A stretch of 63,788 nucleotides of DNA, the filler included, from Phoronis australis (taxonomy: Eukaryota; Animalia; Phoronida): assembly GCA_002633005.1 (NCBI GenBank). It is 13 parts of 13 records of this genome, joined end to end, with 100 filler letters (N's around TTAATTAATTAA, not from the genome) between each part and the next. Parts side by side here need not be neighbours in the genome. Positions count along the whole stretch, not along the records: positions 15,197 to 41,282 come from NMRA01000331.1; 12 more parts are not named here. The stretch is one strand, 5' to 3'. How positions within the stretch are numbered: the stretch's first letter is position 1; each line of letters starts with the position of its first letter. Under the pieces are notes generated by a model. That model was given only the letters and a program-made list of their open reading frames with translations. It made no database searches and was not told the DNA's origin. Made by a program: the position numbers and the translations under genes. Shown here piece by piece: positions 25,601-37,600 of this stretch.

Positions 25601-28600
25601 CGTCCGTTGTCAACATCATATAAATAGTCCTGAGAAATTTAGTAAAGATCCTCCAAACGGTTAAGGAGATACAGCCATAGATGCAAAAAAGCATAACTGC
25701 CACTAGGAGGCGCCACGGTAGTCAAAGTGGTCTGAAAATCATCATCCGCCATCCACTTTGTAGTAAAATCATAGACTCCAATTTTCACAATCTTTCTTAG
25801 AGTGTTTCAGTTGATAGAGGGCTGGACGCCAAAAAAACAGACTAGAAAACAGTAGAAATGACCACGAGTTGGCGCAAACTATATTGAATCCATCTGAAAA
25901 CAGAAGGACAAAGTCATCTTACTAATAGATGGCTAAATGCCAAATTTTATGCAAATATGTGGAGGACCTTGGACGACACAGAGGTAAATGTAAAAAGATC
26001 GTAAAATTGCCACTAGGGGGCACACAAGTAATCAGATCCGTCCGAAAGTCATCGTCATCCACTGTCAATTTCATATAAATACACTCATCTTGCTAAATTT
26101 AGTAAAGATCCTGCAAATGGTTTAGGAGATACAGTCATAGGCGCAAAAAGAACAAAACTGGGACTAGGAGGCGCCACAGTAGTCGGAAGTCGTCGGAAAA
26201 TCATTGTCAGCCATCCCCTTCATGGTAAGAACATACATGCCAATTTTCACTATCACCTTAGAGCAGTTTGGTTGATAGCCAATTTTCACTATCACCTTAG
26301 AGCAGTTTGGTTGATAGCAGGGTGGACGCCAAAAACACTCGAAAACCGTAAAAATGTCCACTAAGTGGTGCACACTACATTGAATCTATCAAAAAACGGG
26401 AGGAAAGTGTCACCTCACTAATAGGTGGCTATATACCAAATTTTATGAAAATACGTTGGAAACCTTTGAAGATACAGAGGTAAATGTAAAAATTTAAATT
26501 CCCACAAGGGGACACACTGGTAGCCAGATCCCTCCCACAATTCGCTCATGCCGTCTCATCTATCAAAAGAACACATGTGCAAAATTTCATGAATATACGT
26601 CAAGTAGTTTTGGAGACAGAGCAGCAGACACCGGACACAGGATGGACGCTGGATTGACGAACGGAGGTAAAGGCATAATGTGTCCACATATTAATATGTG
26701 GGCGCATGAAAAGTTACTTGAATACTGACCATTTCCTCAATAATATCAACTGGTGAGCCGTCGGTCAAGTAACAAGAGCAACGCGGACCATTGAAATGAG
26801 CCCACAAATGCACCGCAAACGATGTGCTTCTAGAGTTGTTCATTTCTATCATAAAAATGGCCACTAGATGACGCAACATCTCTAATCCATCTGAAAATGG
26901 ATTGCTTCTTTAATAGAAAGCTATTTACCAAATTTCATAAAAATCTGTAAAGGAACTTCAGAGAAACAAAGCAAAATGGAAAAAAATGAAATTTTGCTTA
27001 GGGGGCACAGCATCCACCTCAAAGTCGTCATCTATTGTTAGCTTCATATAAATACACTTATTAAATTTAATAAAGATCCTACAATGGGTTTACGACATAC
27101 AGCTATGGCCACAAAACAAAACAAAACCACCGCTAAGAGGTGCCACAGTAATCGAAGTTGTCAGCGTAATCGTCCTCTTCACACTGAGAACATATAGGCC
27201 AATTTTCAAAATCATCCTTAGAATGGTTTGGCTGAGAGCAGGGCTTGGAATGACCAATGACAAAAAACGCGGAAACTTTTACGGCCCAAATCATGTCCGA
27301 TAACCAGCCTTGAAATGGGAGGACTAAAAAAAAAAAAAAAAAGAAAAAAAAACGTTACCACCATCAAAAGCATGCGTCTGCGTCCTTTTAGCTCGCCCGT
27401 CCACTCCCAACCCAAACATTTTTGGCTGCAGAGCGGTAGTATTTGTGGCCGCGCTTAACAATAACACGCGACGCCATTGAAAATCACACCACGCTGTCCC
27501 AGATGCCCCGGCAATGTTGACAATTTACGTTCCTCCAAAACATAAAGAGCAACTTCCGCTTTTCGAGGTGAACGTCGTCTGCAACGCAGCGGTAAGAAAG
27601 GAATTTGACGCGGAAATTTGAAAAAAGCGGAAATCCGCCTTTCCGCGGAAAATTCCAAGCCCTGTGAGAGAGAAGGGTGGACACCAAAAAACAGTAAAAA
27701 CTACGAGAAGCAAAATACCTCGAATCCATCTGAAAATTGAAGGATAGCGTCACCCCAATAATACATATTCCGAATTTTATGAAACTCTGTTGAGGACCCT
27801 TGAATATACAGCGGTAAACAAAATACTAAAATTGCCACGGGGGGGGGGGGGGGGGGGGNCTGGTGATCAGATCCGTGCGAAAGTCATCATTCGTTGTCCA
27901 TATCATATAAATACACTTGCTAAATTTAGTAAAGAGCCTGCAAACTGTTTAGGAGATACAGTCATGGACGCAAAAACAAAACAAAACTGTCACTATGAGG
28001 CAGCACAGTACTCGAAGTCATCGGTTGAAATACATAAATGACAATTTAAAACACACTTGCAGTAACGAAAATAGCACTTTGTATCCCGTTTCGGCGGCAC
28101 GTAGAAAAATCGCACTCAAGTGGTCAGGCCTAGCATTAGCAGCCAACGCCAACGGGCGTACATGCGGGATCAAACAAAAGAATTTCATACATCACTCACA
28201 TCCCACAAGTCCAATCCAACGAATAACCGGTTACGGTTGAATTTCATTTCAGGAAGCGTTGTTATTTCTAGTGTTTCATAGTTTTCAGTCGATTCTCCGA
28301 CTCCACTTAGTCCAAGACGACTCGGCCACGCACTCCGTAATTGTTCCTCTCTCAAAGTTTACAGAGCACAAAGCTTGGTTTGTGACCGTTTCTTTTATCC
28401 ACTTTTTCCACGAAATATTCAGTCTACTCAATGCTCCATGCACTTTTGACCGCAGAATCGCACTACTCGTCACCGCCACTTTATATCAAATGCAGACGCC
28501 AATGATGAACCACGCTATCCCAGGCACAGTCACTTGAATTTATCTCGATTGCCACTGACATCACTCTGTACTAAGAAAATATGGTTCTTATATATGGTTA

Positions 28601-31600
28601 CATGAGTCATCAGGAAATTCGAGCGCCTGTGATCCGCAATTACAATTTTCGTTCCACCGAAACATAAAGAACAGTTTTCACTTTTCAAGTCGTCGGAAAC
28701 GCCGCGGTGAGAAACCAATTTGCCGCAATAATTTTATGCCAAATTCAATTTTTGCCGCGGAAATATAACGAAAAATACGCGAAGGGAATAAAAATAAAGA
28801 AAAAAGCGGAAATCCGTGTTTCCGCAGAAAATTCCAAGCCTTGATGCAAAACCATTGATTACAAAGGTGAGCAAAAAAGGCTCATTGGTTGGACAAACAT
28901 GGGACCAGCTACAAGGCTCAAGATACAGTTGAGTCCCATTTAATATGTACTTCAATTAGAAAAGCCTGAGCACAGGAATATGACAGACATCCAAGACAAT
29001 AATCACAGTTTACCAGAGGAAGTTGTAGGCAAACTGGGCTTCACTACTGGGACTCCATAGCTTAACCACCATCATATAATAAGCTTCTGTGTACCTGATT
29101 TTAAGTTTGTAGGATGAGCCAGCTGTGCCTTAGCAGGTTTGACAGGTGTCTTGAACTCGCTCTCTGTTTGCTTAGATTTCTCTGCAAGACAAATTACCAG
29201 AGCAAATGCCAATCTAATGCACTTTATCAACATAGCATGAACATGATGTTGCTCAATCATATTAGAAATTGAGAAAATTAAGTCTTTGACAACAAGATTA
29301 TGAAAGTATCATTTCCTCATTTTCAACAGTGTCAAAGCCACGAAGATACACATATATGCTAAAACCTATATGCTAACATGGTTATATAAAAGGCTTTATC
29401 CCATAGGCATTGAATCAGTCCAGTGCAATACAGTCACGTGATATTGTTTTCCATATTCACCTCCAGCACAACTTCAACAATGCCCTCTGACGTGGAAAGT
29501 TCCAAAGGAAGGTCAATGTTGACTCGACGTCGTTAGCCGGTTCAATCATCAAACTTTCCGAATATAGTTTAAATTAATCCAATTGCAGCAGTATAAATAT
29601 CACACGACATGCAATCAGGTCCCAAACGTAACATCTGGTACAAAACTGTTAATTATATGAACTTCTGTCTCAGTTTTCAATTGCTAAATATTATATCATC
29701 TGCAAGTCAGGAGCCGATTCCTCAGTAACTACAATATCAAATATTTTTGTTATTTAACTATTTTCCGGAAATGTTACAACTTCAATGCATAATTACCGTT
29801 GTTTTCATCTTTATTATCTCTTTTCAAGTAAGAAATCGTTACATTTTAAAACTATTTATTTTACTAGAGAAAACTTGTAACCTATCGCGAAAGTATATAT
29901 ATATATATATCACGTGATCTGCCACGTGAACAGTCTGGGTGAAGAATTACAAAATTGCCACAAAAATGAAAGAAACTTAGGAATTCGTAGCATATGAGAT
30001 AAATACTTTGGTCTCAGTCGACACGCAGAATAATGTCTAGTGGGATATTACTTCATCTACGCCACTCTCAGCACTTTTGGGGATATATTTCCTGAAAGTA
30101 TGCCAACGGCACTAATGTCAGAAAAAGTTTCCATGGTTGGACATTGAAATTTACCCTTTAACTGGAAATGAACACAAACACCTTAACCTTTTCAGTCACA
30201 TTTTAAAAAAGTTTCCACAGATATATAATCTTGAGGACAATGCCCTGAAATTAACTATTTAAGCACCAATTACACATTAAAATGCCCAGGCTGATGATTG
30301 GTCCTGGTCTGATATGCGTTGCACAAAAGAGAGCACAGGCTGCCAAATGTATGCCTAAGAAGAGTATATTTTGACTTTCAGTCAGAAAAATACCATCTGT
30401 GGTATAAACATCTAAGGGTTATCAACAGAAATCCCCACTTTTAACAACACAGTTGCACAGTATCAATAGACCCCGTAGCTCTAATTAGGTCAACCCAAAA
30501 TGGGAAACCTTGAACTCAAATGAATCAAATTGGAAGCTGACAATTTTCCATTGAAACAATATGATGAACTCCTTCTGGTACATGCATTTATCATGTCTAA
30601 TTAGGAGTACTAACCTACCATATAAAAAACGAAACAAAAGGTTCCACTCCCAAACATGGACCAAATTAATGGTTTTCAAACATGGCGCTGCATGGACCTT
30701 AACATTTATGTTCTATGTACCAAGAACCTATTCGAAGCAGTACGCATTGTTCCAATAATTATGAACTGCTTCGACAACTGCGATGCAATCATTTTCAGAG
30801 CTTATTTTCCATACACTATACTGTAACAACATACATGATGCCAAGTCAAATGTCACCCACCAAACTGTATGTAAGTGTCCTTACAATCCTTGAACAGACT
30901 AAGAACCCAGGTATGCTGATTCTCTAGACACTGCCAGGCTGGGTCACCAGGAGCTCCTAGTTCCACAAGATACCTAGCAAACAAATCAAGTTAATATATT
31001 TATAAATGGCAAGAACCCCTACATTAACAAAGGAAAACAGCTGTCAGTAGCCAAGTCATCGAATATGAAAAGAGTAGCAATATTTGTGGTAAAAATTCCC
31101 GAATTTAATATGGTCTCCCGAATTTCAGACACCTAAATCCAACCCCAAACTGAACTTTTTGATTCTGAAATTTGGAACACGGTCGAATGTGACATTCACC
31201 ATATTTCTCAAATTTCGGACACATCAGTTTTAGCGTTATTGGGCGTACTTCACACATTTCCAACAGTGCGCTATTTCGCATGATCGGTGATTATTTACAC
31301 ATCGTTTATAACTGCCACCGGTGTAATGTATTGACTGATGTCACAGTCTATAATTATCGATGTGGATGGTTTGTGTATATCTCGCACATTTTCTTGGCAG
31401 TCGTAATCACGGACTCAAAATATCTGCCACGCTTGATGGCAGTTTCACTATGCAAATGAAATGTATGTGATGAGACCGTTGTGTTACCAGGTCGAATCCC
31501 GGGTTCACAGTTTCAATTTTTTTCTGTGAACCTGCGGCCCACTTACTTTCCTCTCTGCGCCCTGACATTCGCTATGCCATGTGCCCGAATTGGCAAAACG

Positions 31601-34600
31601 ATGTTGTTCAATGTCAAGTTAAAGCAGACTTTGTGAAATCAAAAATCTATGATCTAGTTTGTAGCGCAGTATATGCTAAAAATGTTCATGTTGTAAAATT
31701 AATGTAGTATCTTTATGTCCCCCTACTGACATCCTGTTTCCTAGCCTATTTTGTATTCTACACAAAATATTTGGGCCCTCTTGCTTCAAGGTTAAGAATT
31801 TTGAAGTCATCTAAAACAGAGTGTGAACCTATTAATTTTTAGTCAAAGTTGCTCTGTTTCCACCCGTCCCCAGTCCCTTTCAAGGGTCGTCTGACCCAAG
31901 GCGTGTGATTTGTAAAATGAAACCTGGGCCCGTAGCAGATATCGATCTAAATCTGCATATGTACATAAAAAATAAATTAGCAGACAGCACTGCTATCGGG
32001 CCGGAGTGAACATAGGATTGATAAAATTACAACAGCAGTACAAGGAATGCAGCGGCCGAAATTATTGGGACAAGCCACTTTTACATTAAAGCATAATTAG
32101 TGTTGAAGAAACTAACGCCCTTGTAGTTGGCTACTTAAGAACAGTCACTTGCACGTGGTGGTGTTTTGTGGTTAGACCTACGTCTAGGCTCTACCTCAGT
32201 TAAATTGTGATCTGGCCTACGGCTATGTTCCGGAATAAAAATTCCAAACTTTTATTGATTGAATATACTCCTGTCGCATAAAGCAACTGTTAGTTCTATA
32301 ACTGTCAAATAAACGCCCAGATACGTAATCGAGCTACAACAGCGGGGACCTTATTTACATGTATCTCATTGGCGGGAACGCTGTTTCCGTAGTCTCTTTG
32401 AGTGACAGGTGACTCATAAGTATGCCGCACACACTGCACCAGAAACAAACCAGGGTAACATATTCTGCAGGCACGTCGTCTGTGTTTAATTTGTGAACAG
32501 TTTAACGTGAAGATGTTGAACAACCAATGGATATTGCGAATAATCAGTCAAGGCATGTTACACGACAAATATCCATATTTCCCATCACAAAGTTTGGCAA
32601 GTCAATTGTGTTCAGAGTCAGTAACATCGCTGCTTATGTTTTTGAGGATATCGTATGAATTTCTTGTCAGCAATAACGATCATAAATTTGTGCGGCTGTT
32701 CAAATTGTCTGTAACTGCAAAACGAAACATTGTCGGCAGCTGACCGCATAAATGCTAAGATTTCGAACACCGTCGATTTTGCCGTCTTTCTCATATTTCT
32801 TGAATTTCGGACAATCAAAATTGCCTATTTCTGATATTTCGGACAGGTTCAAAATAATTATTTTTTCACTGTCCTAAATTCGGAAATTTTTAATGTAAAA
32901 CTATTATCCAATTGAGATTTCAATACAATCAGTTTAAGACAAACCCAAATCAATTTTCTGGATAATGTCACTAACTTAGTGGGCAAGTTCCTAGGTTTAC
33001 TTTTTAATTGAGGACAGAAGTCAATACCACATGGTCTTTGAATAAGAGAATATATACACACCTGATTATCTTTTTCTGTTCCTCAAGTGAGGAAGGCACT
33101 TTCAAGAGCTTGTCATGTAAAATTTCTCGGAAATCATTAATCTGGCTCTCAATTTCTTTGTACACTAGAAAATAAACGCATAACTCATGAGATGCTCAAT
33201 TACACAATGTTGAACTTTCTACATTCTACTAAAATGATACAACAGAACTCGAGACAAAACATAAGAGATAATAATTCATAATACAAATGACACTAAATAA
33301 AATAAATAATTTATTTCAATTTAACCAATTTATGTCCGACATAAAATATAATTACAACCCATAGATTTTTAAACAATTGCAATTTTTGACTACTAAAATC
33401 CAACAGGTTAAAGAAGATTAACACGAGAATTTTCATTCTTGGGATATTTCACGATTTCTCATTTTGCATTACAGAACCTCTCCTGTCAGGAATGGCTGCA
33501 GTGAGCTGTGGATAGACTAGTAGTAAAGTTGGGGACAATCTATCCACAGCTAGGTTTTTGTTAGAATTGGCTGTGGACAGTGCCAACTAGGCTATAGTGT
33601 TCTGACTATTACAAGACATTGTCAGATGTTTTCAAACCTAGCTAAGCCTATTAGTTGACCACATACACAGAAAATCACTAACTTAAAGGAGAATGCCACC
33701 CAAAAAAATGACCTCGAGTAGTTCTACTCGATAATGCACGTTCGATTACGTTACCTGACACCTGACAGCAGACGGAGGTGTTGAAATTATCCAATGACGT
33801 CACTGGTTTCACACGCAGTCTGTTCAGCACTCACAACACGGGTTACTGGAGTCAGCTTATCGCTTGAATGCATCGTTTTACACCAATAAATAATCAAACT
33901 TCGATGTAAAACCCTTAAAAATACACTGAGTTCTTATAAAATGTGTTGTTTTATTTCGCTGTTACGGATTTATTGGTATTTGGACACACCGTAGCCTACA
34001 ACAAGTTCGGCTGGCCAATTTAACAAGGTCTGTAGCAGGAGTTTGGGGTCTGTTCGGAGATAAATTCGAAGTATTCTTCCGTGAAATACAGACAGGAGAA
34101 CCTAGATCTGTGTTGTTTACACTTTGGAGTTCTAAACACACAAAATGCTTGTTATCCCGGCCTGTCGCTCGGAACCCGATCAGGCCTGTCGCGGCCGGAC
34201 TGACTCATTATCCAGGCCAGTGGCTCAGAACCCGATCAGGTCCGCCGGAACTGTCACGAACATAAACCAGCTTGAGTTGGAAACTAAACCTTCAGTCATA
34301 AAAAGACTATAATAGTGAGCCAAAGAAATAATGTGCACGTAATTATTTATGTGAATTAGCCACAAAACTGAAAACCTACTTACGCGAGGTCGGGTTCCCC
34401 TTTCACAGACCGTCAGGGCAAAGGTTGTACTGTAACACTGATTTGAATGTATTTGTATTAAATAAAGATTCCTCTTACATGTGACCGTAGCATATAAAAT
34501 CGAGTAATTGTTTAACAACAGCTTTCTGTCAGTAAACACTGAATTGTTGCCCGCATCAAAAGCCGGTAACGCAGTGGTTAATTCATTGCTGGCTTCTCAA

Positions 34601-37600
34601 CATTAGCACTCACAAATACTGCAAAAGCATTACAAATTGTAGCTAATGAGACGGACTTTGTTTCAGTTAAAAGTATTGGTTAGGATGAGAACAATTCATT
34701 TTGAAACAGAACGCAGAATAATAAATGTCTACATGGCAACTCATCCGGCACCAATCCTGATTTAGTCAAGAGCTCATCCGACGAAGACTTCATGGGTCGG
34801 ATCGTTAGGTTTCACAGGCTATCAGTTTGAACCAGAATACACTGATCAAGAAATACTAGAGAGGCGCCGTGAACATGCACAGGCAATGGAACGTATGAAT
34901 AGTTCTTTGAGCCAGAATTCGTTAGAGAAATCACTGTCGATGAAATACCGGCCACAGACATGGAGATGTTTCACGGCCTCATACTTGCTATTAACAGTGT
35001 ATCTTTCATTCCTTACTACTGTGAGCCACTTCCTAAGCATTTCGGGCTCTCGAGAAAGTCAAAAAAACGATGTACCCGCTTTCTTTGCAGCTTCACAGTT
35101 CGAACAAGCGGGAACGATGTACCGCAAGATAGCGGCATTCACTCTGCAGACGAAGCACTCACATCGCTGTGTCATTTCTCACCTTCCTCACAGGTTAACG
35201 CGACACCTCTCGGCAAGGTGAGGTCGACCGTACAAGAGGCGATGTGGATATAGACCGATTAAGACGGTAAAAATGACTAATTAAATTGGGTGGCATTCTC
35301 CTTTAATGGTCAGCAAAGAGGGGAGAGGGATAGTTCTATATTGGAAGTTGTTTATAATGACATCTTACTAGCAATACATTGTATGAAATGAAAGGTTCAG
35401 AACTGACCTTTCTTGAACAGTTGGACTTCAGTATCGCCAAACAGAGACTTCACTCTGGCATAGTCATTAATAACAAGGTCATAGTCTCCCTGGAAGAAGC
35501 ATAAAAGTTAAAAGATCATCAAGTCATTCCAACATACCTTCAATGGAATAAGGCGTAGGAAATCTGATTAAGGGTCTAGATCTATGATCCACTCCAAGAA
35601 ATCCCTTTCTTTGAGACTTCCATATGTTGAATCTCTGCTGTGGTATGACCATCTTTTGTTTTTGTTGGGGTGAAATTTGCGAGAGAATGTAATTACATTT
35701 AGAGTCATGTCTGTGTTGTTGTGAGACATAATGTCTGCTACTCAGAAGCAGAAAAAGCATCTGTTGCATCAAAACAGAACAGTCAAGATCAACTAAGTTC
35801 TGACTGGAAAAGCCCAAGAGGTCGAAACAAAAGTTTAGCCAGACCACTAAATTCACTGATGGCACCGAAAAACCCTGTGCAGCACAGCTAAATCCAATGG
35901 CTATCTCAAAAAATACTATGCCCTGTGGCCACACCAGGTAAATTTGATAGCTAGGGACCAACTCAGTGGTCGGTGTTGAATCCAGGGGTAGGGAAAGAAA
36001 TACTACGCATGGACCAAAGGTTTGACAGTAATTGACTGTTGGGTGAATAAGGTACATGCAAGTGTAAAACTATTATACAGTAAAATATACCTTTTGTATG
36101 TTTCTTTTCATCATAACTGGTAGATAGAAAAGGAAACGGAATCTATTGAGCACACTTAAAGCATTGCGAGTGGAATCTGCTGTGTCTTTACGTTTGAGAA
36201 CATCTTGAAATAACTTGTCCGCAACAAAGTTAGCATCTAAAAGAAAAGATGCATCAGTTAGGTACGACTCACTTCAAATGAAACACAAGCATGATGTAAA
36301 CGCAAAAGCGATGCAAATCATTGAAATGCATCACTGACTGGACCGCAAATGATATGTTCCTAGGGGTGTTCATTGGTATCATAATAATAATAGGTGACAC
36401 AGAATATGTTGAACTTGTAGAAAAATTAAAAGACCTTTCGTCTCACTAAGCATTGAAATGCGCACATGAATGCACTGCAAATAGTGTGCTTCTAGGTGTG
36501 CTTATTTTTATCATAAAAATGGCCACTGGATGGCGCAACATACGTCAAATCCATCCGAAAACGAGAACAAGCCATTGCTTCTTTAATAGAAAGCTATTTA
36601 CCAAAATTCATAAAAATCTGTCAAGGAACTTCAGAAAAACAAAGGAAAACGGAAAAATGAAATTGCCACTATAGGGCACAGCCTTGGTTGGATCTGCCTG
36701 AAAGACATCGTTATCAGATGTAACTTCATATACCGGTAAATACAATTACTAAATTTAATAAAGATCCTGCAGTGGGTTTAGGAGATGCAGCTATGGGTGC
36801 AAACCAAAACAAAGCTACCACTAGGAGGCGCCACAGTAGTCAAAGTCGGCATCGTCAACCGTCCTCTTCACACTGAGAACATATACGCCAATTTTCAAAA
36901 TCACCCTTAGAATAGTTTGGTTGATAGAGGGGTAGATGCCAAACAAAGACTCGAAAACAATAAAAATGGCCACTAAGTAGCGCAAACCATGTCGAATCCA
37001 TCCGAAAACAGGAGGATAGTGTCATCTCACTAATAGATCTATATGCCAACTTTAATGAAAATACGTCTAAAACCTTGGAGATAGTGCTAAATGTAAAAAA
37101 CTAAAATTATCACTAGGTGGCACACCAGTAGCCAGATCCATCCGAAAGTTGTCGCTGTCCGTTGTCAACATTATACAAATACACTTGCTAAATTTAGTAA
37201 AGATCCTGCAAATGGTTTAGGAAATACAACCAAAAAAAAACGAAACGGCAACAAGGAAGTGCCACAGTAGTCGAAATTGTCGGAAAATTATAGTCAGCAT
37301 TCCTCTTCATTGTAAGAACATACATGCCAATGTTCACAATCATCCTTAGAGTGGTTTGGTTGATAGAGGGGTGGACGTCCAAAAACAGAGTAAAAAAAAA
37401 ACAAAAAAACAGCAACAACGGCCACTAGGTGGTGCAAACTACCTCGAATCCATCCAAAAATGAGAAGATAGTGTCTACATGCCAAATTTTATGAAAATAC
37501 GTTGAGGACATTTGAAGATACAGAGGTAAACGTAAAACTAAAACTGTCACTAGGGGGCACACTAGTACTCAGATCCATCCGAGTGTTTGCTCCTCCGTCC

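Noticed and set aside
34768-34810. CCGACGAAGAC...GTCGGATCGTTAGG as a hammerhead ribozyme
   Set aside because: Both core segments (CTGANGA and GAAA) are mutated; only a simple hairpin is supportable.
35524-36057. 177-aa ORF in an EXOC2 intron
   Set aside because: No homology motifs; the EXOC2 exons on either side join in frame without it.
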